Below are positions 1 to 12,800 of a stretch of 64,000 nucleotides of DNA, piece by piece; the first letter of the stretch is position 1, and every line of letters starts with the position of its first letter. Where the stretch lies: the NCBI GenBank assembly GCA_040954595.2, contig CM082581.2, positions 12,088,286 through 12,152,285 on the forward strand, given 5' to 3'. The notes under the pieces are model-generated. The model saw nothing but the letters and a program-made list of their open reading frames with translations. It was not told where the DNA came from and did no database searches. The DNA is from Balanoglossus misakiensis (Eukaryota; Animalia; Hemichordata). Made by a program: the position numbers and the translations under genes.

Positions 1-915
1 ATGATGGGTAAGAAATGAACAAACTCTGCAGTCTGGACTTTCAAAACCATTTTTACAAAGTAGTTTTTCAAGGATTCTCTCAAGTTTGGACGAGGTGCTG
101 ATATCCAATGTGACCGACTCCAGAGAAACACCAACATTTTGAGAGAGTGGGAAAGTTGAGGGAACAATCAGTCCTCTCTCTTACTTGAAGAAGCCTTCAG
201 TCCGTACGTACCACCCTCACAAAGTTTCATCGCGCTTTCAAAAACCAATACTGTACAATTTCAACTTGCTTTGCAAGCTTACAAGTACATTTGTCTACTT
301 TCTTACCAAATAAGAAGTAGAGAAGTCCACCTTTCGTCACAGGACAGAATTCTACCACAATGTTTTCCAGCACGGCTGAATATGCTTTCTTCTACTTTCA
401 ATTTAAGATTACGTTTCATGACATACAAGTTTATGAATTTTTTTGGAAGAAAGTCAAAAAGACATACCATATAATTCAAATAAGCTGCAAGCTTAGCACA
501 TTTTGCACTGCATGAAAATTCCCCTTCAATTATTTGCATGTTAAAACCATCTTACAGCTTGGAGCATTTACATGTACTAGGAGATGATTTTTACACAGAC
601 AGATGATGCTGAAAAAATTCTTACAGTAAAAAGTAAGGTCCATGATTAGGTGTGTTGACACTATTTTTATGAGTGATACCACTGGTTTTCCAGCATATGA
701 GACATATACCCACTTACACGTACTTGCCACTATTTTATCGGGTTGCCAAGTGTGTGTGTGTGTATCTATGAACCTGTGTGCATAATGTTAAAAACAATGT
801 CGCACATTGCATGGAACCAATTTTGCAGAATATCGTAAGTGCCAAACCAGTGTCAAAACATTCTCAGTGTGACACCAAAAAAGGCTAAATCACATGTATA
901 GGACAGGAGCTAATA
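1..915 (-). pseudogene. Degenerate FERM domain (talin-head-like F1-F2-F3) remnant
   Basis: ORF 303..539 QIIEGEFSCSAKCAKLAAYL..LFDFLPKKF..KVEESIFSRAGKHCG resembles FERM F2 (talin DILNGSHPVSFDKACEFAG..KDFLPKEY..GERKIFQAHKNCG). Frameshifted MKLCEGGTYG, HWISAP and KVQTAE resemble F3, and DLAFFGV..HWF resembles F1. Confidence 0.6.
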
Positions 916-3900
916 AAATTAAAATTGGATGGAACTGAAATGGGCATGATTATCATCTTTACCTCTTCATGCAAGCAAAATAAAACACCACCAAGCAAAA
1001 CAGCCTAGCATTCAAGCAAATTCGGAACCGAAAGAACTGATATTCAGCTGCTCGAGTACTATTATGGTAGAAGTTAGACGGTTACCAAAATGGTTCTGGC
1101 AAAGGCTCAGTAAACATAGTTCTAAATTACTTGAATTCGTTTTTTTTTCAGCAGAATAATTAAAGTCCAAGCTACATAGAACTATGTTCACTCTAAAAGA
1201 CCAAATACCAACCGACCCCCAAAATTCACGACTGTCTCGGCTTTGATTTTAGTCTCCTTCGAGAAAACCCAAAGCTGTACAAAGCAAGTTGAATCGCTAC
1301 CCATCACCATTATATTTCACAGGAGGAAAAACATTTTTGAACAAAGAATATAGTAAGGATTAGGTATAAGTTTTGTGACAAGCTTCAAGCAAGGTCTCTA
1401 AATCAAACGAGTAGAAAAACAAAAGGAAATTTTTATGCAAGAAACCTTTTTTCATCATAAATTTTTTTTTTTTTTGTAATGACACCTCGCAATCACAAAG
1501 ATATAAGCAAGAAAAAAAGGTGAAAGTCAAAGAAATGAAAGATTGATTTTGTGTCTAGATCTGCCATGCTTCTCAATGATCAAATGCTTCATAAAATTTT
1601 AATATTGGATTGTTTTGAAGGCCACAGAACGCTTTTAAGTCTGTAGCGGAGCAAAATGGGGACAAGAATGAAGCAGTGCTAAAAGGCCCTGCTGAGTTTA
1701 TGAGGGAAACATAATGGTGAGGGTATTGTTACCATGACAACAGGCTCGATAGGAATGATAGCTTCCCACAAGATTTACAAACTTCAATCCAAAAAGATTT
1801 CAAAACAGATGGTTTTGTTGGTGTACTTCCTGTCAGCTTTCCCAGATTATGGCATTATTAATGAGCTACATGAAGCTACCACTTTTATAAAATTATGATT
1901 TATGTTTTAGCAATTTAGGGACAGTAATGCGTGTATCCACTAGCTTCTTGTTCTACTCCCTACAGCATGTTGATATGCCCAGTATTCAACTTGTCATCAC
2001 AGCATATTCATGTATCAGTATAACCAGCAATGTTGATCATTGAATATTAGTCCGGACTAAAATTCAAATGTCAACAATTACAATGTACTTTACACATAAA
2101 CATTGTTGACAGGCTGAATACTTGGCATTTAAACTCTCTGCCTACAGCGAGGAGAAAAAGAAAACAGCTAAATTTACTGTCTCTTGAAGTCAAAATACAG
2201 CATTTTGGGTTGACATGTTGGAACATTTTGATTTGTTTACCAATCTGGGAAAACTGATCACTTCTGCACTTCAGTAGTCTATCATCAATACACTTTTGTT
2301 TCTGGTCACGGTACCCAGCAGGTATCGTTAAATAAAACAGTAGTAGTGTTGACTTTCAGGACCGAGTTTGATCACCTCATGGGCACTATCACAAAGTACC
2401 ATGTTCATCACATTGTGTACCATAACGGAACATCCAAAGAATTGTAAAATCCCACATATCTGGTATCTCGAAAGTTCCCCAGTTTCTTTTCCCGTTTTGT
2501 ACAAAGTTGAAAACGACCACAAACATGGTACTTTCATCCTCCCTATTCATTTTCAATGCCTAATAAATGTCTAAAGGAAAAGGCATAAATCTTTCACCAT
2601 TCCCGTATATACCAAGTACCTTCAAGTCTGACCAATCGCAGGAGACCCCGGGGTCAGCTTCAGAATCTGATTGGTCAAGGATGCTGAAGCAGTCATCAAC
2701 GTCGCTGAGAACCTTAATCAATAGCGTTAATTTACGAGACATCATCATAAGCACAAAACGCATTTACACATTATTATTACCAATCTGGCCGAAACATCTT
2801 TTAAACGTCTTTTTCATCTTCTGCATTTTTAAAATCAAAGCAGTTTCAAAGTATGCACTTCAGCTAGACTTCCTACCAAAGAAACCCACTCCCTCATGTA
2901 AAACCTAAAAACATGACGTGGAGTTCACACAGTGAAGCCCCACATTCATGTGTACAATAGGTAAAATATGCGTCAACCTTGCGTGCATTAAAAGTGCAGC
3001 ATTGTCTTGAAAGAAAAAACCCATGAGGCAAGTAGTCTAGCTGGGTGCAAACCTTTCAAATTTGGTGAATTTCTGGCATTTTTGTTTGCCCTTTTAATAT
3101 ACATTATTATATAGCTGTAGATACCCAAATGACTTTCCTTGGAAATTTCCAGTTCTACACCAACAAAGACTAGACTCTAGACTTGTGACATGAAGCAGTC
3201 TTGCAAAGTTGCCTCCAATTGGTTGATTGTTTTGCAAAGTTACTTATCACTGGTCAATTTGTTTTTTGTAAAACTAGCCTGCACTTGGATGTACACCAAA
3301 TGCAGGCATTTTACACAAATCCAAAACATTATGAACTTTCAGAATACTTGCAGGTCACTCATCTAGATGGAATACCATTTAGGTGAAGGTACAGTGAAAT
3401 TATCAAGTGGTTTGTTTCTAGTCAACAATACGAGATTCAAATTTGATCTCTTGTGGTTTTGTTTCCCACCGAGAATAATGCAAGATACTGGAAGTGAAAC
3501 TAAATTCTGCGAGACAGGGTAGTACAACTAGAAATTTCCTTTTCTGCACCAGATCTATCTGTTTTTAAACACCACACTTTATAAACTGTCAGTTTTACAA
3601 AATAAGGTGACCTTTCTTAATTCAGACACTTGACCGTCACCTCAGAATACCTGTAAAATTGCATGGTTCCAAACATCACCCAAGTTTGGTGAGACTCTAA
3701 TCACAGGATCCGGAGGTGAAGAAGTGAAAGCATATTGGTGCATGGGCTACAAGTTAATTTCTAACATCTCTTCATAGCCTCACTCATCAGTTCTCACATT
3801 TTGCAGAGATACATTAACATCACTCAAGATTTTCCAAGACAAACCATTAGAGTTCATATCCAAAGAAATTGTTTTATCACCTGGAAGTTCAGTTTTATAG

Positions 3901-6900
3901 AAAATTTCATTACAGGGCACACTGAGCCAGGGGCAGATTTTTATTTTAGTCCCCCTAGGCCAATGTTCAAACCTGAAATGCTGCTGCAATTTAGGAATCT
4001 ATTGTTATGCAAATTATTTACTCTACAAACCAATCAGAAATCACCAGAAGAGTAGGCTTAAAGAGTAATCACTTGGGTCTTATATAAACATTCCAGTGAA
4101 ACAAGTCAAAGGTCATTCCTTTTTGATGTAGTGAGCCTATGAAGCCTTAAACTATCACATGAAAATACATAGTGCTATCATTTACCTTGAGATATGGCAG
4201 GGAACTGCAGCTGTCCTCATTACTATGATTTGGTGGTGGGGGAAGTGACCAGGTGTTCAAATGGCCACATCCAATGGTCATATCTGTTGCATCAATAGAC
4301 TCTCTGAGTAAAGAGATGAGATCAGAGTCTTTGACATGCCCACCTTCTTGTTCCAGCTGTAAAAAATATGAAACGATATAATTACCAGTACTTGAGCTTT
4401 TTTTTTTGTCTTACATACACACTTGAATCTATTGTTTTCTGAAATCCAATGAATACCGGGATGTTATAGTTCAATTAATACTACATGTAGGTCTCTGGTG
4501 CCTGGTCCGTGAACCAGCTGCTTGCTGTTTCTGGAACAGACATTGGCAGTGGGCCAAGTTTCCCCACAACAAATTTCTGTGGTCCGCGCCAGAGATTTGA
4601 CCTTTGACCTCCCTCAGCTCTGACTATCTGTTACTCTAGCCGGCTGTGCAGCTTTCTGGAATGGGGTCAATGGCTTTGCAACCTTCAAGGTTCACAACAA
4701 GTCAGCCATGACCGTGTTTACTAGAATATCAGTTGACAAGTATGCCATGATGGCTGCCAGTTTTACTAGCTTTGACTTAGGGTCCTCATACGGTCCCCCT
4801 GCCACCGTTTAGATTCTTACCTGGACCTGAAAATGTTCTGGTACATCTTTGCTGTCATCAATGTAACCTTTCCTGATTTCTGATGACACCTCCATGTTGG
4901 GATATTCCTGAAGAGAGGCATTTCAATAGAGATTTAGTATTCAGTTTGATATTAAAACCTGGTTAGGTAAAAACAGATGACCTGTTGACAAGTTTGTGTT
5001 TCCTAGCCAACACTTGTATTTCCCAACTAAACAGCCTTGAGATGACAGGATAAGATAACATTCAAAAGTCGGCATTAATGTATAAAGGTACACTATACAT
5101 GCATCATAATACAGATCATGTGTTGTGTTAATCACCATTCTGATTGGATCCAAGACTAAGTGGCAATTAGGGGGATGACACAAATGTTATGGTACCAGTA
5201 TTGAAATGTTACCCTGAACAAGAACGGAATGCTGGTCACTGTGCCACCTTCCTGAGTTCAGATTAGTATTCCCGTGAACAAGATGGTATCTAAGGAATGA
5301 TGATACCCTTGTTATTGTATGGATTCACCAAGGATGGGTTTAGTCTGTGCAATGGACATGCATAGACGCCATCTTGGGGGGGGGGGGGCACTTAACTAAA
5401 ATTACGATGACCTTAAATCCAACGCGTCGTCGAAATATTCACTCGGGGCTAAAGGTTTGGCACTGGTGTTTAGACAAACAAGCTTTGGGAAACGTCTAGT
5501 GGGTGGTATCACTACAGACTCGACCACTGCAAGGACCATAGCATAGGACGGAAAAAACACGTGGTTCACTGTTGTGTACCAAAAGTTGCAAAACCGGACA
5601 ACCGGATCTGTTCAATGATGTCGACATACACACGTGTCGTATAATTTGGTGCATTGGTAAATACTCGTTTGCATGTTGCCGACAATGTCTGCACCAGTCT
5701 AGTCGCGTTCAGAGCTATGAAGGACCGACAATGGCGATTAATTATGCGACATGCAAGCGACGATTTAAACACATACTGTACACACCCTTTCCTCGAAATT
5801 TCACATAACGTCAGTCTCACTGTCGAACTTGCCTTGGATCATAGTAGCCAGTTTAACAAAGAACACCCCATTTCACAGTTTCAACCAAAGTATCAACATT
5901 TTAGTTATAGTGTCAACAATTTCAAACTCATTTCGCCGTAGTTTTGTCGGGTATGCCAGCTGCATGGCTGGAACGTGCTAAACTGTTTTCGTACCATGCC
6001 ATATTCATTTGCATCGCAATCGTCGGTTCGCCACGCGTGCCACGTGCCCTCGGTTCTACATGCGATTTTCACCGACCAAAACGCAAATTTTACCCTGTTG
6101 ACCTCGTTAAATGGATAAGGTGGTTATTTCCACGGTATTCTGCACCATGGGCTTGGGTGAATTCAGAAAAGATGCTGAAAAAGAACGCATACGCCGGTGT
6201 ACACAAACTTGTGGAAGTCCTTCACTTTGCATGCTGGTCAGACATACTTCAACTTATGATTCACGATATTTTCTGGAATTTAAAATCGAACTTCATTTAA
6301 GAACATTGTAATACAACATTCCTTCAAACACACGGCACGACCATGAGCAAAATTTACGTACCGCAGACGTCGAAACGTTCAGTTTTTCATGTTCTTCGAC
6401 GAACAACGTGGCTATCGCTGCCATCCCACCTCAAACCATGCATTACATACAGCTTCTTTGGGGAAGCCTCGTTTCCATGAATGACGTAAATACTTTATGA
6501 TTAATTTGCATACTTACAATGCATGCCGCCCTCATGCTGTGAACATGAGTTGTGAAATACTCTTGTTTTTAATATGCAAACAGCTTAAAATTCAACAAAA
6601 CAGTTCACATGCAATACGACAGTTTTAAAATTAATACAAAACAAACATTCATTGCGTGTAGTTTGCCTTATTTCATTGTACAGTGTGCTGACTATTAAAA
6701 AACATTTTACTCGTGGTCATAGATCATTGTAGAAAAGTCACGGTTGTGGTTGATATCATTTCCCCACGTTCTATTGACGATTTATTGCTACAAATAATTC
6801 ATACAACAAAGGCAAGCACGTGTCACCTTTCTAATGGGCTCGTGCACGGACGCGCTGAATAGTTAAGAGTGTTCGACCCTCGGATCCTCAAAGTTCATGT

Positions 6901-7752
6901 ATACAAATACGCCCCATTTTCATTGAGGACAAGTTCTCTATCCAATAAAATAGGTATACGTCAAATTAAAACAGAATAATGACCCACAGTATGACATGGA
7001 TTTTAGGGTGTCAAAATGTTAAATATTCGAGAGTTCGTTTTGACATACTGGTATTTTTTTTCATGGCAGACTGTTTTGGATTTTGAACACTGGAACAGAA
7101 AGTTTATCGTCCTAAGAAAAAACACTGCAGCCTGATCATGCGTTGCCACAAAGATCATTCTTTCACGGGGAACGAAAATAAAGCTCCAGTTCACGAGAAT
7201 TAGCAGGCGTGACAAACACATTTTAGATTTTAATCGCTTATGTCACGATTTCCATTATTCTTTTTTTTTCATCAGAGTTTACTTTACTACCATGGGTTGC
7301 ATTCAACATGACTGGAACTCTCTTAACTTGAAAATATAGGTATGATTTCCATAATACATGTATTATTAGTCGCCTGCCCTTCATCTGGTTGGAAAGGAAA
7401 CAAAAAACATAACTTCATATAAACTTAGCTTTACTTAATCCTTTACATAACTCAGATTTTGACACTTTGTAAGGATGTTTATGTAAACGTACTTGTACAA
7501 AACTTGTACTGACCCTGTCCAAATTTAGCAACCCTACCCAAAGATATTAAAGCATGTAAGATGTGACCTCCCAAAAAGCACAGAACTTCTATTGCGCATA
7601 CGTTTCAATTCATGATCCATCAAAATGTAATCATAGTCTCTCGTACATTCATGATGTGGCTCTATAGCGCCCGCTGTGTGGAAGCAAGTGGTTACTGCTA
7701 TCAGCAGTAGGCCTAAAAAGACGCAATGCGTGGCAGTAGGTAGAACAGGCAC
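1..7752 (-). pseudogene. Decayed unprocessed multi-exon gene with short introns; apparent type I membrane protein with a cytoplasmic FERM domain; runs off left edge
   Basis: AG/GT-bounded minus-strand blocks: 7538..7752, 7291..7384, 7049..7111, 6827..6937 (1 TGA), 6711..6770; a stop-free phase-compatible chain 6094..6174, 5213..5289, 4959..5035, 4821..4907, 4186..4356; also 2620..2712 joined to 2421..2559. Scattered TGA/TAA/TAG stops and frameshifts occur elsewhere, and not all junctions are phase-compatible. Confidence 0.65.
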
Positions 7753-9800
7753 CCTCAGACAGCGAAATCAACTTTTCAACTAACTGGTATGCCAGGCTGG
7801 TACGACGCATATGTATGAAACTTTGAGATCATGACTGCGCGCCCCTCGCCACCCCTACACGCGCGCACGCGTGTGTATGCGAACGCGAAAAGGCGCGAGA
7901 ATACCATGCGCGCACGCTGTTCAGTATCACTTGTGTTTAATCAGCAATCTGATTATGATGTCATACAATGTTAGTCCAATCGGCGGCGTCCGTTCTGCAT
8001 ATCAAATAAGGCGATTATAATTATTGACGAGAGTGACATCGACATACAGCAAAGCGCGTATTGTGGTTTTGATTTCCATTCGCTGCGTGCAGCGCTGTGA
8101 AACTGTCTGTGCCAAAGAAATCGTACAAAGCATACGTTTTCCGATATTCTTCGCGAGCCAGACTTCTCATCAGATGCAGAATGAACTAGGCCTGGCTTTG
8201 ACCGGCAGTGAAGACTAAGTCGTGGTTTTAAAAACATTCGTTTCTTTTGATTCTTGACCATCAAGATCTAACTATGGGAGAAAGAAAGTTGACTCGGGAT
8301 GAGGTAGCGAAGTTTTTGGAGAAGGATACGCAGTTTGCGGAGGACTATTTCTCCACGAAGGCCACGTCTGGTATGGTGGAAAAATGGATATCGAAACACA
8401 GCGGGGGAAAAGAATCGTTGGCATGGTCTGGTGGGAGCGGTACCTCCATCGTAGACACCGAGAAAGGGGCTGCTATTCTCAAGCATTTTAGAAAGTCTAT
8501 GTCTGGCGCTGGAGGTTCATTGAAGAATCTGATCAGCGGTAGTCCGAAGCCCAAGACTTTGCGAAGGAGTCGGACCGTCCTGAAGGAGATGAATGAAAAA
8601 GAAATGTTCATGGAGCTGATCCGAGACATTGCCAACGAACTTGATATCAACACTTTGAGTCACAAAATTTTGATGAACGTGAGTATTTTGACAAACGGAG
8701 ATCGCGGCAGTCTGTTCTTAGTTCGGGGACCAAAGGAGTGCCGATACCTCGTGTCCAAATTATTCGATGTCAGTGAGAACTCCACTCTAGAAGAGTCCAT
8801 GCATTCTGAGGAAGATGAAATTCGAATTCCATTTGGTAAAGGCATCGTTGGACACGTCGCGCTCACGAAGGAAACAGTCAACATTAAAAATGCTTACGAG
8901 GTAAGGATGTTTATTATGATGAAACGACATTACAGACCGGGCGGCTGCAGAAACACAAGAGGCCGTGGGTTTCACACCTGCTTCCCTAATACATCATTGT
9001 GCTTACGATGTATAAGAGCCGCCGTTCTCATTGTTCGGCGTCCCGTTATATTTAAAACAACTCGAATCCAATTGTACGTCGTCAAATCCAATCTAAACCC
9101 GTTATTGACGGCCGGGGTCACACACTGAACTCATTATATTATCTCAAGATTTCCCGGCGACTCGGCGTGCGCTTACATTGTGCGACGACGAATCCATGAC
9201 GCGAGCCAGCCAGCAGCCACCGGGCAATCGCTAACGGTTTTCCTGTATTTATATGGCTATAATAGTGCGAGCATTTGTGAGACTTCGTTTGTTGTAATTC
9301 CCTTACATAAACCCCTTGAGAGAAAAAAAAATAAAACGCTTTCCTCGCCACAGAGCGCACTTCAGAGGCGTACCAACATTTCGCGCAACCCGATTGAAAT
9401 CAGATTTGTGTACATGGTAACCTAGTGACAATCGCGTCCGCGGTCTGCTGTTGTTTTTAGCGCGCCTTAAAACAATACCGCGCTGCGACAGTGTGCGTGT
9501 TTGATGTCGATTTCACCGGCAACGCACACCCACCCACACGTGGTTGGAGGCGCGGCGCAGTCCGATTAAACAGCAATGCAAAACCTCCATGGCAACAACA
9601 CAGCCGGCCTTGTCGGGCAGAGCAAGCGCTATCACTGTTTTTACGTGATATCGGGACATTACTAAATCTAGTGTCAAAATTCACGCCGGCATTTATGTTG
9701 AAACCCGGGCTGTGATAATATCGGCTCGGAACAGAACGACGTCGACCAAATACACTCCAGTGTGTATGCTTCGTCCGCGTCCATGGCAGAATTGTTTCAA
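7740..9800. promoter_or_regulatory. CpG-rich promoter/first-exon region of the PDE gene, probably bidirectional
   Basis: Abundant CG dinucleotides against a CpG-depleted intron. NRF1-like GCGCGCAC/TGCGCGCA repeats at ~7835-7915, between the two divergent gene starts. Confidence 0.65.
8274..8900 (+). CDS. Pde6: PDE coding exon 1 (209 codons; N-terminus and first half of GAF-A)
   Basis: ATG at 8274 in actATGG context within ORF 8247..9128. Homology ends at ...NIKNAYE, followed by the donor GAG|GTAAGG at 8900/8901, phase 0. Confidence 0.95.
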
Positions 9801-12800
9801 TGACATAGAGCTGTATTTTTGTTTTCATTTCTAATTTCAACAATGCACCTTAAAGTTGTTATCACCAGGTTCTGCGCCATAAAATCAGACTGACTTTTCT
9901 TCTCGTTTTATCAACATTTCGAGTTTAATTTGATACATGCAGACCATTTGATTCTGCTTTGTTTTCTTCTCAAATAATGCGTTCATACCGATCTGCTAAG
10001 CACAATCTCTGTAACTGTTTAAAAGATCAAATTTAAAGATGTTCATATCAAAAGATCTCATGTGCCCTGTTACCAAAATTGCTACTTGGTATCTACCATA
10101 TAACTATTACAATGGCCAAAGTGCCAGGCGCCATGAGGTGGGTATAGTACAATACTTGACAGCTATTCTTAAGAAAAGTGTTGGTGTTGTGATAACCCAT
10201 AAAATTTACGAGGCAGACCCCGAAGAACTAATGTTCTCTGTCAGTTGGAGTAGGAACACGTTTTTGTGCTGAACACAAGCAAACAGAAACGCAGAAAAAA
10301 GGACCCTACTGTTGGTGAGACAAGAGGACAATGCTATTTTCATAAACAAGGACAGGGACTATTGTGAAATTTGTGAAGATGTCCTGTTTATCTATTCAAA
10401 GTTGGCCAGAAAAAAACCCTGTACATAAACACCTCACCCCTTTCAGTACCAGTGGTCTAGTTTTTGTAAATAATTTTACCATATGTTCGGATAAGGAAAA
10501 CAGTCAACATGTTGTTTTGGTAAAATTTATATAATTCTACAGAAGAAACATTTTTTCAAGGAGTGTTTAAAAGTACTTGAGACAATGCTATAAATAGTTC
10601 TTCAGTGAATAGGTCACTTGGCATAGTGTAACGCTGGTAGCAATTTTATTTTGGATCCATTGGTGGGAGGGGGGGGGGGGCATGCAATAGATTCAAGGCC
10701 CATTTGGGGACCTAATATGGAGAGATCATTTTCAAATCATCAGGAGTATAAGAACAAGTTTATCTTGAGACATGCTAGTAATGTTGTGAAGACTTTAAAT
10801 TGGTTGAGTGATATTAATAAAACAAAAGAGTGTTTTTTTACACTCGTTTATATTTTTCATTGTGTAGCCTGACTATTTTGTGGTTGTTGTAAAACCAAAA
10901 GTGCTGTTTCAACCTGGTGTTCTTGTTCACCGAAGTGAAACATATCCCTTTCTTTCTTTCTTTCTTCGGCACAGCAGCGGTTCAGCGTCTACTGTAGTGA
11001 CAACTGTCTGTTGTTCTCATTTCCATTGTTTGAACAAAGATTACCATTTTATTAATGGTTTGCTAAACCCAAAGGTTTGTGTTCCAGCAACCATTCAGAT
11101 CGATGGTCAGTAAACTCCATAGCTATAAAAACAGTCTCTTCTAGTTGTGAAACAAATTTCATGTGTTTGTTTGTCATTGTATATATCAAAATAAAAAACA
11201 AGAACAACAACACATGTTAACATGTGCACTGGATCTGAACGTAAAAATGTTTTTCAAAGATAACAATGCAGAGAAATACGAGAATGCGAACATTAATCGT
11301 CACGTAACAGTTGCATCTTTTGATATCACAAAAATTTCCCGTTTTACAGTACATTCCCAGATTATGTTTTTAAAAAAAATAGCACGAACAGAAACTATGA
11401 TAAATTGCAACTGTATGTTGAACTGGAAGTTGCATTTAAAATTAAATTAAATGAGTTTCGAGCAGGCACTCGTCACAGTAGCTTCCTCCTATGAACCCTT
11501 TCTATATTGTAATTTGTCAGCATTTTGCTAAAGATGTAATGTGCTTTAGCTTCACTCATGGTGCTGCTGACTATAACAGGTAATTAATTGAAAAACTGAT
11601 ATCAATAAAACTACATGTATTCATGTAAAGGCATTATAATTATGGAGTTTACCAAAAATGACAATTTATGATTGATAGTTATTTGTTGAAATTTGCCAGG
11701 ATTGTGTAATACATCATCATCATTATTGGTTGCCACAAAGTGTAATTGAATTTCACAATACTTGCCATTAACATTAAAAATTAATACTTTTGGGAGTGAT
11801 GATTTCTTAGTGTCAGGTTCATTAGAATCTCTATCATTAATACAGCAATTCACCTTGACCTCCCAAGAGACGGTGGACTTCATATTAAGCATTTTGTTTC
11901 CCTAGCAACCCTGGCTCAAATCCAGTTTAATTTTGTTCTGTATTGATTAAAAAAAATGAAAAAGAGAGGTTGAGGGTATTCATGACTGGTCATTAATCAC
12001 AAAAGAATGCAAATATAATCACTCCTGTTATCATTATTTAGGTCACTTGACATTGTGGTTTTTTGGAGGTTTTAGGTTACTTGACTTTTTGGTGTGTATC
12101 TGTCATCGGAATTTGAAGTGGCCTTTTGTTGCCACTATGTGATATGAGAACTGTAAATTTTGCTATAATTGGCACGTCAGTCCTCCCAAGCAAGCAAATA
12201 AATAAAACAGAGCCAGCCAGTGGACTTTTTTCAAAAACAGAGTGTCAATGTGACATGAAAGCTGAAATAATTCTGTTTGGCTCTTTGAGTGGCCAATCCC
12301 ATGATCAGGGGTGTTCAGTTACTTTTGCTGATGAAATTAACTTCTTTGTGTAGTTGAAAGTCAAGAGGTAAATTGCTGCGTTTTATTTAAAGTGTACATT
12401 ACATGGCTTGAAATTAGCGTAGTCACATTTAAACGATTCACTTCTGAAACAATTACAGTGAGTGAAAGGTGTGTAGTGAATATTTTCAAGCAACAAGCAG
12501 CCCTATTTTCATTATATTTATACTGACTGTGAGATTGTTCACTGCAATTGGTTGCTTTTGCCAAAAATGATTACCATACAACGAAGCGCCTCTATGCATT
12601 ATTCTACAAGGTAGGTTGGTTGGCACTGAGCAATCAAATATGAATAAAGAGTTTGTGTGTTTACAAAACACACAAACTCATTTATGATATTGCCACTTTG
12701 TCAATGCTAGAAGGCTATTGTGAATTCAACATTTATCCCAGCTGATAACATGGTCAATATTTCCAAACATGACTGATAGCCGACATGAGTACTCGATATA

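Noticed and set aside
6362-6424. MAAIATLFVEEHEKLNVSTSA as the first exon of an intact minus-strand gene
   Set aside because: Its phase does not match the next exon, and exon-like blocks continue upstream to ~7752.
2200-6937. Repeated in-frame TGA codons suggesting selenocysteine or readthrough
   Set aside because: TAA/TAG stops and frameshifts occur too, and no SECIS was seen; ordinary decay is simpler.
8901-9128. C-terminal 75 aa of ORF 8247..9128
   Set aside because: Read-through past the GTAAGG donor; PDE homology resumes at 44010.
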